Shown: piece by piece, positions 1 to 10,671 of the stretch
Numbering within the stretch: the stretch's first letter is position 1
Layout: each line of letters opens with the position of its first letter
NCBI GenBank assembly: GCA_963814315.1
Contig: CAWFCG010000001.1
Location: forward strand, 3,687-67,686
Source: an uncultured Chloroflexia bacterium
Lineage (GTDB): Bacteria; Chloroflexota; Limnocylindria; Limnocylindrales; CSP1-4
Direction: 5' to 3'
Length of the DNA: 64,000 nucleotides
Position numbers and translations under genes: made by a program
Notes under the pieces: generated by a model
Database searches by the model: none
What the model saw: only the letters and a program-made list of their open reading frames with translations
Told to the model about the DNA's origin: nothing

Positions 1-329
1 CGCTTGATATCTTCAAGCCGCACGGACGGCTCGCCCAACACCTCGTAATCAGGGTCCACGGCCTCGACACCGGTGAGATGGAGCATCGACCATAGCAGTG
101 CCGATGCATGTCCAGAAGAGAGCACGTAGCGATCGCGGTTGGGCCAGACCGGATCGGTGGGTTCATAGCGTAGGAAGTGCTGCCACAGGGCATAGATCAC
201 GGGCGCGATGCCGATGGGCGTACCGGGGTGCCCTGACTTCGCCGCCTGGATCATGTCGATCGACAGTGCTCGGATGGTGTCGATGCTGCGCTGGTCGAGA
301 TCAGTCTTGCGCGGCTCCGTGGATGTCAT
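1..329 (-). CDS. tkt: Transketolase, N-terminal part; the gene runs off the left edge of the window
   Basis: Reverse-strand translation from the ATG at 329: [87 protein letters not shown]. This contains the canonical transketolase TPP-binding motifs SGHPG and SxGH. An AGGAGG Shine-Dalgarno lies 7 nt upstream. Confidence 0.85.
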   Translation of the reverse strand, partial: MTSTEPRKTDLDQRSIDTIRALSIDMIQAAKSGHPGTPIGIAPVIYALWQHFLRYEPTDPVWPNRDRYVLSSGHASALLWSMLHLTGVEAVDPDYEVLGEPSVRLEDIK

Positions 330-755
330 CCTTCCTCCTGACTGGCGTGGATGCTATCGCACTCCCTGGTAGGCGACGCCGGGGTCGTCCTCCCAGTAGA
401 CCCTGCTACCCGAAACAAGCACGGCAGCGCCGGCGGCCCTTGGCGGCGTGGAGGCGTCTATGTGGACGCCGCCATCGACTTCGAGACCACCACCGCGTCG
501 GGCAGGCGGCGGCGCAGTGCTGCGATCTGATCAAGCGCCTGGAGCATGACTCCTGACCGGAAGCCTGGATGCTCATGCACAACACCACGCCAGCCGCATC
601 GACCGACGGCGCAACCACCGCATCTACCACCGACACCTCCCATCCCATCTCGTACCCTGCCTACGGAACAAGCTGTGTCCTGACGTGATGACACCGGCAA
701 CGACGTGGTGCGATGGCTATCCTAGCCTCAACGACATCCAATCGGAGGAGCATCA

Positions 756-1718
756 GTGGCGTCATCCCAGCTCACCGCTGGCGTGGACCTTGGCGGCACC
801 AAGATCCAGACGGTCGTGTTGCGGAGCGGCAAGGTCGTCGGCCAGTCACGGGTGCCCACCCCGCAGACCGGGCGCTCCGGCGACGTCATCGTGGCCATCG
901 CGGGCACCATCCGTGAGGCACTTGGCGAGGCCGGGCCGCGCATCAGGCTTCAACGCATCGGCATCGGCACGCCCGGAGAGATCGACGCCGCCGCCGGCGT
1001 CGTGTCACTGGCAGCCAACGTGCCCGGCTTCTCCGATCGCGTCAGCCTGGGTCCCGATCTGTCGAAGGCCATGGATGGTATCGAGGTCGTCATCGACAAC
1101 GACGTCCGCGTTGCTGTGCTAGGGGAACACTCCCGCGGCGCGGGTCGACCCTATAGGAACATGCTGGGGGTATGGGTCGGGACCGGAGTCGGGGGCGGTC
1201 TCGTGCTCGATGGCGAACTGCATGGCGGTAGAGGAGCCGCCGGCGAGATCGGCCATCTCATCGTGAAGCCTGGAGGCCGAACCTGTGGGTGCGGGCGGAA
1301 GGGCTGTCTGGAGGCATACGCCGGCCGGGCCCGGCTCGAAGCTCGGGCGCGTGGACTGGTCGCCAGGGGCCAGAAGACGACGTTGTTCGACATCATGAAG
1401 AAACAGGGCCGCGACCGGCTCAGCTCAGGCGTCTACGCCAGGGCGCTGGGGAAGGGCGACCCCATGGCTCGACAGCTTATCGCCGACGCCGCCTGGGCCC
1501 TGGGTATCGCCTTGGCCTCCGCACAGAACCTGCTCGACCTGGAAGCCATCGTCGTCGGCGGCGGGCTGGGAGACCGGCTTGGCCAGCCGTTCATCGACAC
1601 CATCGTGGCCGAGATGACGCCGCACCTGTTCACGCCCGACGAGCCTCCGGCGGTTCTGCCCACAGAGATGGGGGACCTGTCCGGCGCCGTCGGCGCCGCT
1701 GTCCTAGCAGGAGGCTGA
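756..1718 (+). CDS. ROK-family sugar kinase (glucokinase-like)
   Basis: N-terminal DLGGTKI ATPase motif and the ROK zinc motif GHLIVKPGGRTCGCGRKGCLEAY. GTG start preceded by GGAGGA. Adjacent to rpiA and tkt. Confidence 0.75.
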   Translation: MASSQLTAGVDLGGTKIQTVVLRSGKVVGQSRVPTPQTGRSGDVIVAIAGTIREALGEAGPRIRLQRIGIGTPGEIDAAAGVVSLAANVPGFSDRVSLGPDLSKAMDGIEVVIDNDVRVAVLGEHSRGAGRPYRNMLGVWVGTGVGGGLVLDGELHGGRGAAGEIGHLIVKPGGRTCGCGRKGCLEAYAGRARLEARARGLVARGQKTTLFDIMKKQGRDRLSSGVYARALGKGDPMARQLIADAAWALGIALASAQNLLDLEAIVVGGGLGDRLGQPFIDTIVAEMTPHLFTPDEPPAVLPTEMGDLSGAVGAAVLAGG

Positions 1719-1724
1719 GCCATC

Positions 1725-2393
1725 ATGGCGATCAGCACCGATGACGTGAGCACGGAGCGCGAGAAGGAGGTCGCGGCCATCGCCTCGGCTCAGCTCGTCG
1801 AGGACGGCATGGAGGTCGGCTTGGGCACGGGCTCGACAGTGGCGTACCTGCTGCCGGCGCTGGCCGCGCGGAAGCTGGACATCCACTGCGTAGCCACCTC
1901 GGTCGAAACGGCACGCGATGGTCGCAAGCTCGGCCTGCGAGTCGATGAGTTCAGCGGACCTGATGCTCCAGCGCGGCTGGACATCGCCATCGACGGAGCC
2001 GACGAGGTGACGCGTGATGGCTGGCTGGTCAAGGGGGGCGGCGCCGCGCACACGCGCGAGAAGGCCGTGGCCGCGGCGGCCGATCGCTTCGTCGTCATCG
2101 TCTCCTCGAACAAGCTCGTCGAGCGGTTGACACCACCGATCCCCGTGGAACTCCTTGCCTATGGCCTTCATGCCACCCTGCTGCGGCTCGGCCACGTCCA
2201 GCTTCGGGACGTGCCAGCGAGTCCGGACGGCGGCATCATCGCCGACTACAGCGGCGCCTTCGACGACCCTGCAGAGTTGGCAGTGCGGCTTTCGACCACC
2301 GTCGGAGTGGTCGAACATGGGCTCTTCCCCCCGAGCATGGTCAGCGAAGTCATCGTGGCGCGCGGCGAGACCGTGGAGCGCTTCAGGCCCTGA
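1725..2393 (+). CDS. rpiA: Ribose-5-phosphate isomerase A
   Basis: Motifs GLGTGSTV, DGADEV and KGGGAAHTREK; length 222 aa. Confidence 0.85.
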   Translation: MAISTDDVSTEREKEVAAIASAQLVEDGMEVGLGTGSTVAYLLPALAARKLDIHCVATSVETARDGRKLGLRVDEFSGPDAPARLDIAIDGADEVTRDGWLVKGGGAAHTREKAVAAAADRFVVIVSSNKLVERLTPPIPVELLAYGLHATLLRLGHVQLRDVPASPDGGIIADYSGAFDDPAELAVRLSTTVGVVEHGLFPPSMVSEVIVARGETVERFRP

Positions 2394-2568
2394 GTCACCG
2401 TCGCGACTGGTGCTGCGGCAGCTGATGCGCCGGCGAACCAGACCCGCTGCGTGGCTGCTTGAGTCAATCAGGCGCCGAGCGCCGGGGTGTGACGTTCCCG
2501 GTAGCGCAGACGTACGACGGAAGCTGTCGCACCGGTCCGCGACTGGCCGGCTGCGACGCCGTCGGCGC

Positions 2569-3375
2569 TCAACCAGCGACGGCTGCCCCCACGTTGTCTG
2601 TCGCGGACACCATCTCGCCCTCGATGAAGTCGAGGTCACCGGTGATGACTTTCTCGACTTCCTCGATGGTCGTGGTCTTGGGGTCGATGTCATCAGCCAC
2701 CACTTGACCCCGACGGAGCACCACGATGCGATCCACCACCTGGAAGACGTGGTGGATGTTGTGGGCGATGAAGATGCAGGAGTGGCCGGAGTCGCGCGCG
2801 TTGCGCACGAAGCGCAGCACACCCTGCGTTTCTGCCACGCCCAGGTTGTTGGTGGGCTCATCGAGGATGATCAGCTCACTGTCGAAGTGCATCGCGCGAG
2901 CGATGGCGACAGCTTGGCGCTCGCCACCGGACAGCGCGTTGATGGGCGTCTTGGGCGGGATGTTCTTGGTGATGCCGACCTCACCCAGCAGCTTGCCGGC
3001 CACGTCCTCCATGAGCGCCTTGTCCATGCGATTGAAGATCCGTGGACCCTTCAGCGGCTCACGACCCAGGAACAGATTGCGTGCGATCGACAGCTGGTTC
3101 ACCAGCGCCGAGTCCTGGTAGATGGTCTCGATGCCCATGCCGATGGCGTCGTTGGTGTCCTTGATCGACACCGGTTTGCCGTGCCAGTACAGCTGGCCGG
3201 TGGTCAGCGGCACGGCCCCGGAGATGATCTTGATGAGGGTCGACTTCCCGGCGCCGTTATCCCCCAGCAGGCCGACGATCTCATTGGTGCCAAAGCGGAG
3301 GTCGACACTCTCGAGCGCCTGCACGCGCCCGTAGTACTTGGAGATGGCTTCGAGGCGAAGCAGTTCGTCAGTCAT
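2569..3375 (-). CDS. Sugar ABC transporter ATP-binding protein (single NBD)
   Basis: Walker A GDNGAGKST, ABC signature LSGGERQ, Walker B ILDEP. Coupled to the downstream permease. Confidence 0.8.
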   Translation of the reverse strand: MTDELLRLEAISKYYGRVQALESVDLRFGTNEIVGLLGDNGAGKSTLIKIISGAVPLTTGQLYWHGKPVSIKDTNDAIGMGIETIYQDSALVNQLSIARNLFLGREPLKGPRIFNRMDKALMEDVAGKLLGEVGITKNIPPKTPINALSGGERQAVAIARAMHFDSELIILDEPTNNLGVAETQGVLRFVRNARDSGHSCIFIAHNIHHVFQVVDRIVVLRRGQVVADDIDPKTTTIEEVEKVITGDLDFIEGEMVSATDNVGAAVAG

Positions 3376-3379
3376 TTCG

Positions 3380-4420
3380 CTACATCGCTCGCTGTCGTCG
3401 TTGCATGTAGGAGTGCAACGCCATCATGCCCAGGATGATGGCCCCGATGAAGATCTTGTAGGCCAGCGCCGGCGCTCCTGCCATGACGATGCCGTTGCGC
3501 ATCACTCGGAGCAACAACACCCCGATGACCGTGCCGATGATGGTGCCCTTGCCGCCGGACAGCACCGTCCCGCCGATGACCACCATGGCGATGACCTCCA
3601 GCTCGTAGCCATCACCACTGTTGGGATTGGCCGAGCTGACGCGAATGGAACTGGTGACGCCAGAGTAAGCGGCCACGACAGCGGTGAGGATGAAGAGCGA
3701 GATCTTGGTGCGCGCCACGCGGACGCCACGTGCGGTGGCCGCCATCTGATTGCCTCCGGCTGCCTGGATCCAGTTGCCGTACTTGGCTGACATCAGCACG
3801 TAGCCGAGGAGCAACGCCAGCAATGCGAACCAGAAGAGCGAGGTGTACAGCTTGAGTTCGCCCCAGGGCGTGGCGAAGGCGTGCGCGCTCACGAGGATGT
3901 CAGCGAGGATCGAACCCTCTGACGCCCACGTTCGCTGCGGGAAGCCCTGCGTCAACCACAGTGCAGCTCCTCGAACCACGAGCAGCATGCCCAGCGTCAC
4001 GAGGAAGGAGGGGATGCCCAACTTGGTCACGAAGAGGCCGCTGGTGAGGCCGATGAGCACGGCCACGCACATGGTGATGAGGAACGCGACTTCCAACGAG
4101 AAGATGCCCTCGTTGAAGAAGAACCACATCAGCACAGCTGCGAAGCCGAAGACCGAACCGACCGAGAGGTCGAATTCGCCCGACGTCATCAGCAGCGTCA
4201 TAGCCAGTGCGATCATGCCAAGTTCCGGCGTGAACGCCAGCAGGTTGCCCACATTGAGCATGGAGGCGAAGGTGGCGTTCAGTAGGGTGAACGTGATGAT
4301 CGCCCCGACGAGCAGAGCGAATGGCCCAGCCTCAGGTTCGCGGAGCAGGCGGCGGGTCCGGCCTCCGACGCGTTTGGATAGGGATTGCTGGTCGGCTGTC
4401 GGTGCCGTTGCTTCGCTCAT
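3380..4420 (-). CDS. Sugar ABC transporter permease (ribose/xylose-type)
   Basis: Multi-TM hydrophobic protein of 346 aa with the architecture of RbsC/branched sugar permeases. Lies between the ATPase and the SBP in one operon. Confidence 0.7.
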   Translation of the reverse strand: MSEATAPTADQQSLSKRVGGRTRRLLREPEAGPFALLVGAIITFTLLNATFASMLNVGNLLAFTPELGMIALAMTLLMTSGEFDLSVGSVFGFAAVLMWFFFNEGIFSLEVAFLITMCVAVLIGLTSGLFVTKLGIPSFLVTLGMLLVVRGAALWLTQGFPQRTWASEGSILADILVSAHAFATPWGELKLYTSLFWFALLALLLGYVLMSAKYGNWIQAAGGNQMAATARGVRVARTKISLFILTAVVAAYSGVTSSIRVSSANPNSGDGYELEVIAMVVIGGTVLSGGKGTIIGTVIGVLLLRVMRNGIVMAGAPALAYKIFIGAIILGMMALHSYMQRRQRAM

Positions 4421-4571
4421 GACCCTCCGCGCCGTCTCAAGCTATCTGTCTGCCAGCTGGGTGCCGGCGGGGAAACGGGCGAGGCCAGCATGGGAATGCC
4501 GGCCTCCACCTTGTGCAGGGTGCGGCGCGACTGTGTTCGAAACACGTGCCGCACCGCACCGGTATGGATGA

Positions 4572-5519
4572 CTACTGGCTCAGGATGTCCAGGTAGCTCT
4601 GGGCTGTGTCGGCCTCGTAGAGGGCGCCGACGAGAACGTCGAAGCCGAGAGGGTAGCCGGCGGCCGCGGCAGCGGCCAGGCTCAGACCGACGTAGCTGGT
4701 CATCTGCGGGTCCTGCCACATGCCGGCAAGGACGTACCCGTCGATGATCTCCTGGGCGGTATCGACCGAGTTGCCCCAGCCGACCACGGGGATCTCACCG
4801 GGGGCCACGCCGACTTGGTCCCACACGCGGGCGACCGAGCCGGTCACGAGGTCACCGAGGCCGATCATGGCGTCGATGTTGTCCTTGTTGGCAGTCAGGT
4901 AGTTGACCATCTCGTCGATGACCGTGGCCTGCTCATAGGTCGCGTCGGTGACTTCCCAGGTGATGCCCAGGGGCTCGAAGACGCTGGCGATGCCGCGCTC
5001 TTCATCGGCACCGTAGGTGGCACCAGGGACCTCGACAGGCATCCACACGAAGTCGCCTTCGCTGACGTAGCCGCCGTCCACGAGGAACTGCGCCCAACGC
5101 TGTCCGACCACTTCGTTGTTGGTGCCGACGTAGGCGTCGAAGCTGGCCGTCGGGTCTGGGGTGTTGATGTTGATGATGGGGATGCCTGCGGCATTGGCCT
5201 CAGCCGTCAACTCGACCAGGCTGCCCGGGTCGGGGCTGGTGGTGACGATGCCGTCCGCACCGGCCGCGATAGCGGAGCGAACAGCTTCCTGCTGCAGCGC
5301 CACGTCATTGCTGTGGAACGAGGTGTTGACCTGTGCGCCGGTGTCCGCGGCCCACTGGTTGGCGCCATCGAGGAAGTAGGTCCAGACCGGGTCCGCGGGA
5401 TCGCCGTGGGAGATCCAGTAGAAGGTCTTGGCCTCGTCCTGCGCCGCAGCTGCCATCGGCAGTGAAGCGGCTAGAAGCAGGCTGCCGCCAAACGCCACGA
5501 GAGTGCTCTTCCTGATCAT
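4572..5519 (-). CDS. Sugar ABC transporter periplasmic substrate-binding protein
   Basis: Signal peptide MIRKSTLVAFGGSLLLAASLPMAAAAQ. 315 aa periplasmic-binding-protein-like composition. First gene of the transporter operon. Confidence 0.7.
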   Translation of the reverse strand: MIRKSTLVAFGGSLLLAASLPMAAAAQDEAKTFYWISHGDPADPVWTYFLDGANQWAADTGAQVNTSFHSNDVALQQEAVRSAIAAGADGIVTTSPDPGSLVELTAEANAAGIPIININTPDPTASFDAYVGTNNEVVGQRWAQFLVDGGYVSEGDFVWMPVEVPGATYGADEERGIASVFEPLGITWEVTDATYEQATVIDEMVNYLTANKDNIDAMIGLGDLVTGSVARVWDQVGVAPGEIPVVGWGNSVDTAQEIIDGYVLAGMWQDPQMTSYVGLSLAAAAAAGYPLGFDVLVGALYEADTAQSYLDILSQ

Positions 5520-5736
5520 CGAGATTGACTCCTCCGTCCTGTCTGTGTTGATGGATCGCGGATCCCCCTCAGGGCACCCTCAACAGGTCGGTCTGCGCTC
5601 GCTTCCTTTCGCCAAAGCGAGCCGCACGAACCTCCTCTGGTCAAGCTGACCTATCGATGCAGTCTACGCCCGCCTACATGGGCACGGACCGCTGAATCTC
5701 CCCACTCGTATAGGACAGGCACACGCCGTGCAGGCC

Positions 5737-6810
5737 TTACAGCGAGATCTCGTCAAGGCGCACGGTGCGCCGCTCGGCAGCCGAGAGGTACCCGGCTTCG
5801 ACGAGGCGCAAGGTTTCGAGGTTGTCACGCCCGGAGATAGAGGGTTCGCGCCCCTCCTCGACGGCCAGGAAGAGCTCACCCATGGTGGCGCCGAAGGCCT
5901 CCGGGAACCACTTGCGGGTGAAGGCCGGCTTGATCCATGTGTCGGGCCGATCAGCGGTAGTGAACTCAAGCGTGCTGAAGTCCCCCGTGGGCCAGCCGAC
6001 GGTGCCCCGGGCGATGGCATCCATGCCCTCGATGCGGTAATCCTCAGACCAATCGCGCGTCCAGGGGAAGCCGTCATCGAAGCCAGTGGCGAGCAACCCC
6101 GACGCGTAGCGCAGCACGTAGAGCGCGATGCTCTCACCGGCCCATGGCTGACCGGGGTAGCTGGCCAGGTGCGCCGTGATCTCCTGGGGCTCTCCGAAGA
6201 GGTAGCGAAACTGGTCCAGATGGTGGATGGACATGCCCAGCAGCATCAGACGGGGATAGTTGGCATCGTCCTTCCAGTACTCCTGCCACGGTTGGCGCGT
6301 GCGCATCTCGATCGACGCCGTGACGAGCTGGCCGAAGATGCCGCGGTCGAGCAGCTCACGGCAGGCGCGGATGGCCGGATCCCAGCGCCCGTTCTGGTTG
6401 ACCGCCAGCTTCACCCCGGCGCGTTCGGCCGCGGCCACGATGGCCACCGCGTCCTCCAGCGTGTTGGCCATGGGCTTCTGCAGCAGCACATGTTTGCCCG
6501 CCTCGATGGCCGCGATAGCCACCTCCCGATGCCGATGAGACGGCAGCGCGATGTCAACGACCTCCACGCTCGGGTCGTCGATGACGTCGCGAAAGTCGCT
6601 CGATGCCACCGCAATGCCGAACTCGTCCGCAGCGACCCGGGCCGACTCGGATGTCCGTGAGGCGATGCGCACGACCTCCCAGCCGGCCGCCCGATAAGCG
6701 GGTAGATGGCACTCGCGCACGATCTTGCCGGCACCGATGACGCCGATGCGATACGACCGTGTGCCTATCCGCGGTGCGATGTCGAGCACTGCTGGATCGA
6801 ACACGGCCAC
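5737..6810 (-). CDS. Gfo/Idh/MocA family NAD(P)-dependent oxidoreductase
   Basis: N-terminal Rossmann motif RIGVIGAGKIVRECHLPAY. 357 aa. Upstream of the sugar ABC operon on the same strand. Confidence 0.75.
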   Translation of the reverse strand: MAVFDPAVLDIAPRIGTRSYRIGVIGAGKIVRECHLPAYRAAGWEVVRIASRTSESARVAADEFGIAVASSDFRDVIDDPSVEVVDIALPSHRHREVAIAAIEAGKHVLLQKPMANTLEDAVAIVAAAERAGVKLAVNQNGRWDPAIRACRELLDRGIFGQLVTASIEMRTRQPWQEYWKDDANYPRLMLLGMSIHHLDQFRYLFGEPQEITAHLASYPGQPWAGESIALYVLRYASGLLATGFDDGFPWTRDWSEDYRIEGMDAIARGTVGWPTGDFSTLEFTTADRPDTWIKPAFTRKWFPEAFGATMGELFLAVEEGREPSISGRDNLETLRLVEAGYLSAAERRTVRLDEISL

Positions 6811-6884
6811 TCCCCTCCTCTGCTTTCGATCGGGTCGAACCTGACGCTACCACCTGCTCCACGCACACACCGTACAGTCAGCAC

Positions 6885-7859
6885 ATGCTGACACGAGTGA
6901 TGGTCATCGGGCGCCAAGGCGAAGAGCTTCCATTCGGACTGCCCGACTCACGGACCGGGGCCGAGTACGTGATGGCCGAGTCGATGCCCGACGTGCGCGC
7001 CCACCTCGCTGACTGTGACGTCGTCTTCCATTACGGCCGACCGCGCGACGCCCTGAGCGCCAACTGGGCGCTGACCGGTCGACTGCGCTGGGTGCACGTC
7101 GGCGGCGTCGGCGTCGACTGGACGCTCTTTCCGGAACTCGTCGAGAGCGATGTCGTACTGACCAACAGCCGCGGCGTCTTCGACACGACGCTGCCCGAGT
7201 ACCTGCTGTCGCTGATGCTGGCGCTGCTCAAGGACCTGCCGGGAACGATTCGAGCCCAGGCGCAGCACCAGTGGCGGCATCGGATGCTGGATCCACTCAG
7301 CGGTGGGCGCGCGGTCATCGTGGGCGCCGGCACGATCGCCCAAGCCGCCGCGCGTCTGCTGCGGGCCCTGGGCGTCTCGGTGACCCTGGTCGGTCGCCGC
7401 GAGCGTGACGGCGACCCTGACGAGGGACGCATCCGCGCGGTGGCGGACCTACCCGCGCTGCTGCCGAACGCCGACTGGCTCATCGTCCTCACTCCGCTGA
7501 CGCCCCAGACTCGGGGGCTCATCGGCGTCGCTGAGCTGGCATCGCTGCCGCTTGGCGCCCGAGTCGTCAACATCGGCCGCGGACCGGTGGTAGTGGAGGA
7601 GGCGCTCATCGGGGCGCTGCGCTCGGGGGCGCTGGCCGGTGCGGCGCTGGACGTCTTCGAGCACGAGCCACTCGACGCGGGCAGTCCCCTGTGGGACATG
7701 CCCAACGTCATCGTCTCGCCGCACATCGGTGGTGATGTGGCGGACACGCCACAGGCGTTCAGTCGGGCGTTCCTGGCCAACCTGGAGCGCTACATGGCGG
7801 GGGAGCCGCTCCAGAACGTGGTCGACAAGCATCTCGGCTTCGTCGCTACTCGCGGGTAG
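6885..7859 (+). CDS. D-isomer-specific 2-hydroxyacid dehydrogenase family protein
   Basis: NAD-binding motif VGAGTIAQAAARLLRALGVSVTLVGRR and a C-terminal catalytic region (SPHIGG). The start was chosen at the ATG at 6885 (MLTRVMVIG) rather than the longer ORF, which overlaps the divergent gene. Confidence 0.7.
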   Translation: MLTRVMVIGRQGEELPFGLPDSRTGAEYVMAESMPDVRAHLADCDVVFHYGRPRDALSANWALTGRLRWVHVGGVGVDWTLFPELVESDVVLTNSRGVFDTTLPEYLLSLMLALLKDLPGTIRAQAQHQWRHRMLDPLSGGRAVIVGAGTIAQAAARLLRALGVSVTLVGRRERDGDPDEGRIRAVADLPALLPNADWLIVLTPLTPQTRGLIGVAELASLPLGARVVNIGRGPVVVEEALIGALRSGALAGAALDVFEHEPLDAGSPLWDMPNVIVSPHIGGDVADTPQAFSRAFLANLERYMAGEPLQNVVDKHLGFVATRG

Positions 7860-9546
7860 TGTCCACCATCAGCAGCCAACGCCGGAACGTAGGCAGCACC
7901 CAACCGCCGCCCTCGGCGGACAGCGGCGCGGCCGCCCCCGCGTCGGTCCAGGGCGAAGCGGCGACCGGTGCCGTAAGGCCACTCCAGAAGAGACGCAGTC
8001 CCACCTGGTCGACGGACGGGGATTTCGGCGTATCCCAATAGGCGTCAGCCTGGCCGCGCAGATCGACCAGGTGGAGGACGCGCCGCCCATCGTTGGTGCG
8101 AGTGGCGCCCAGCCAGATGGCGCCTGCCTCTGGCCCCGATGAGCAGCGGACGTCGTGGCCGTCAGCATCGACGATGCACACAGCGGCCGCCTCGGCGCGC
8201 TCCAGATCTGGCGCCGACACCAGGTGCAGGTAGCGTGCGCTGAAGCGCCACAGCGCGCGCATCTCCATGGTCTCAGCATCCAGCAGCGGGACCGCGGCGG
8301 GGTAGTAGCCCTCGACCAGTAGCCGATCTCCGTCCGCGAGGGTGTGGTGATAGGCACCGCTGGCCATGATCACCGCGCCCTGCAACAGCGACGCTTCGAA
8401 CGCGGCCGCACGCTCATCACTGCCGCTGTCGTCGGCGACGCTCGCGCGCAGGGTGGCCGCGTAGGCCGCGATGACGACCTGCCGCCCGGCGGCCAGCGAT
8501 CGCGCCTGTTCGATCCAGCGAACGACATCGGCGAACTCGCGGTCCGGCGGCCACAACTCGAGATAGAGCGCCGCGGTCGCAGCCGGAGCCACCGTGTCGA
8601 GCGGGAAGCCATCGACGCAGTTGAAGAGCACCCGCGTGCCGGGCGCGATCGCTGCGACCCGTTCGGCCGCCTCATCGATGAGCGCCGGATAGAGCGCCGC
8701 GAAGTCGAGGGCCTCTCCGTCCGCACCGACGGCCGAGTGCGGCGGGCCATAGGTGTCCATGTGGATCCCGTCGAAGGCGAAGCCCTCGATGGCGGCTGCG
8801 TACTCGTCGAGCAATCGGGTGCGCCAGGCAGAGCCCGGCCGCAGATCGTTGATGTAGAACACTGCGCCAAGGCTGAGCGGCTCGCCGGCGGTATCGAACA
8901 CCCGCTCGTCGGGATGTCCCGCGACGTAGTCGGCTTCCGCGCCGTACACCGCCCCGTAGGCCAGCGACGCGATGCCACATTCGTGCCCCGAGATGACCGA
9001 GGCTCGCACCGCAGCGTGCGAGACGGTCCGTCCGAGCGCGTCGACGAAGGTGTCACCGCCGTCGGGTGGCTGATATCGGTAGTGGCGCCACATCCAGTCG
9101 TAGTGCTGCACCACATTGACGTGCCAGGCGGCGAGGTCGCGGGTCACGCGGACGGCACCAGGGGCATCTTCGTAGTCGGTCATGGCCGCGTGCCGAGGCG
9201 ATTGCCACCAACCCTCGATGGCCTCCACGGCCGAAGATGCCTCGATGATGGACGATCCATCGGTCACCCTGAGCCGCAGCCCATAGCCATGACGAGCCAT
9301 GGCGGGCACCCGCATGAGCCACCGATGAGTAGCGGTCCCCACCCCGAGGTCGGTCGATTCGCGGATGGTGGTGATCTCCTCAGCCACGTCCAACAGGCTC
9401 ACCTCGAGCCGGACGTGCACAGCCCGGTCGGCGACAAGCCCAGCTACGATCGCCAGCTCGCCTCCCGGGGTCACCCAATGGCGCGACGGCCCGAAGGCCA
9501 CGATGATGACCGAGTCGGCGGAGGTGGCGGGCTTGGCGTCTCTCAT
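7846..9546 (-). CDS. Putative glycoside hydrolase, TIM-barrel (GH66-like motif FDGIHMDTYG); family uncertain
   Basis: 567 aa. The internal motif FDGIHMDTYGPP resembles the nucleophile region of GH66 dextranases. Start ATG at 9546 overlaps the stop of the upstream GH15 gene (ATGA). Last gene of the carbohydrate-utilisation operon. Confidence 0.4.
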   Translation of the reverse strand: MRDAKPATSADSVIIVAFGPSRHWVTPGGELAIVAGLVADRAVHVRLEVSLLDVAEEITTIRESTDLGVGTATHRWLMRVPAMARHGYGLRLRVTDGSSIIEASSAVEAIEGWWQSPRHAAMTDYEDAPGAVRVTRDLAAWHVNVVQHYDWMWRHYRYQPPDGGDTFVDALGRTVSHAAVRASVISGHECGIASLAYGAVYGAEADYVAGHPDERVFDTAGEPLSLGAVFYINDLRPGSAWRTRLLDEYAAAIEGFAFDGIHMDTYGPPHSAVGADGEALDFAALYPALIDEAAERVAAIAPGTRVLFNCVDGFPLDTVAPAATAALYLELWPPDREFADVVRWIEQARSLAAGRQVVIAAYAATLRASVADDSGSDERAAAFEASLLQGAVIMASGAYHHTLADGDRLLVEGYYPAAVPLLDAETMEMRALWRFSARYLHLVSAPDLERAEAAAVCIVDADGHDVRCSSGPEAGAIWLGATRTNDGRRVLHLVDLRGQADAYWDTPKSPSVDQVGLRLFWSGLTAPVAASPWTDAGAAAPLSAEGGGWVLPTFRRWLLMVDTTRE

Positions 9547-10667
9547 GCCCGATCGCCCGTCAGGTCGACCCGTCGCTCCAACTCGCTGCGCAATGACAGG
9601 TACGCCGCGTGGGACCACAGCAGCGGTCGCGCCGACTCACCCCAGAGCTCGCGCCACTCATCGATGCGTCCCGGTGTCAGGGCGTGGTCGGCGACCTGCT
9701 CGGGTAGCTGGCCCCGCTCATCCGCCTGGGCCTCGATCCAGCGGAGTGCCCGGAGCGCACGCTCCATATCGCCCGGCCCATCGCGACGAAGCAGGACGCG
9801 ACCGTAGGCGGATGTCAGCACCGGCCAGGCCCCGCCACCGTAGTAGGTGTCGCTGGCGTAGCGGTGGACGCCAGGACCATCGGTGACGATCTCGCTCTCG
9901 ATGCGACGCAACGTGGCGGCGAACCGCGGCTCGGTCGCCAAGACCGACTCATAGGGTGCCGCCATCCAAAGCAGGCTGGCGTCGACCTCGGGATTGCCGA
10001 GCCACTTGGTATAGGCACCATCAAGGACAGACATGCGCTCCTCGAGCTCGTTCCGAAGCTGCCCGATGGCAGGCTCGGCCGCCAGCCGAGGGACCATCGA
10101 GATGGCCGCTTCCGTGCCCACGCGGATGGCCGCCAGGGTGCTGCTGTGGACGTGCTCGTCGAACTCTTCCCATGCGTCTGCACAGGGCCACGACCACAGG
10201 TCGCCAAGGTAGCGTGCGACGTGCTCCACGGCCAAGACCAGCCCGGCATCGAGTCGGCCTCCGTGCAGGACGTGATGAGCGAGGCTCCACAGCCAGATGC
10301 CAGGTCCGTCGAGCTGGAACGTGGGCCAGTCGGTGTCGGCGGGCAAGCCATCGGCCCCATAGCGGCAATGCAGGTAATCGGTCGCCGCGGGCGTGCGGCC
10401 AGCACGAGCCGCCTCACGCGCTCGCTCGATTCCGGGGGCACTCGATAGCACGACGCCGGCGACCCAATGGTGGAACCGCGCCGCCCACTCGATCTGGCCC
10501 ACGTTGTCGAGCGCCTCGGCGATGAAGGCGCCGTCGCGGAACCACGAGTAGCCGTATTGGCTGAACGTGGGGCCAGCCACGAAGGCACCGCTGGCGGCCT
10601 GTCCGGAGCCGATGATGGCGAGGCTGGATGCGACGAGGTCGGGAGCGGCAGGGCCGCGATCAGTCAT
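9543..10667 (-). CDS. Glycoside hydrolase family 15 catalytic-domain protein (glucoamylase/glucodextranase/trehalase-like)
   Basis: GH15 signatures YGYSWFRDGAF and the general-acid motif DAWEEF. 374 aa, (alpha/alpha)6-barrel size. Confidence 0.6.
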   Translation of the reverse strand: MTDRGPAAPDLVASSLAIIGSGQAASGAFVAGPTFSQYGYSWFRDGAFIAEALDNVGQIEWAARFHHWVAGVVLSSAPGIERAREAARAGRTPAATDYLHCRYGADGLPADTDWPTFQLDGPGIWLWSLAHHVLHGGRLDAGLVLAVEHVARYLGDLWSWPCADAWEEFDEHVHSSTLAAIRVGTEAAISMVPRLAAEPAIGQLRNELEERMSVLDGAYTKWLGNPEVDASLLWMAAPYESVLATEPRFAATLRRIESEIVTDGPGVHRYASDTYYGGGAWPVLTSAYGRVLLRRDGPGDMERALRALRWIEAQADERGQLPEQVADHALTPGRIDEWRELWGESARPLLWSHAAYLSLRSELERRVDLTGDRA

Positions 10668-10671
10668 GGCG

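Noticed and set aside
1704-2861. 385-aa ORF on the minus strand
   Set aside because: It lies antisense across rpiA and the start of the ABC ATPase. The translation is Arg/Ser/Pro-rich with no motif. This is the typical spurious long ORF of a high-GC antisense frame.
2155-3438. 427-aa plus-strand ORF
   Set aside because: It is antisense to a well-supported ABC ATPase gene (Walker A/B and signature motif). Its composition is low-complexity Arg/Ala/Ser.
8344-9807. 487-aa plus-strand ORF and several 100-250-aa ORFs in 7000..10500
   Set aside because: They overlap the glycoside-hydrolase genes on the opposite strand. The translation is Arg/Gly/Pro-rich without domains.
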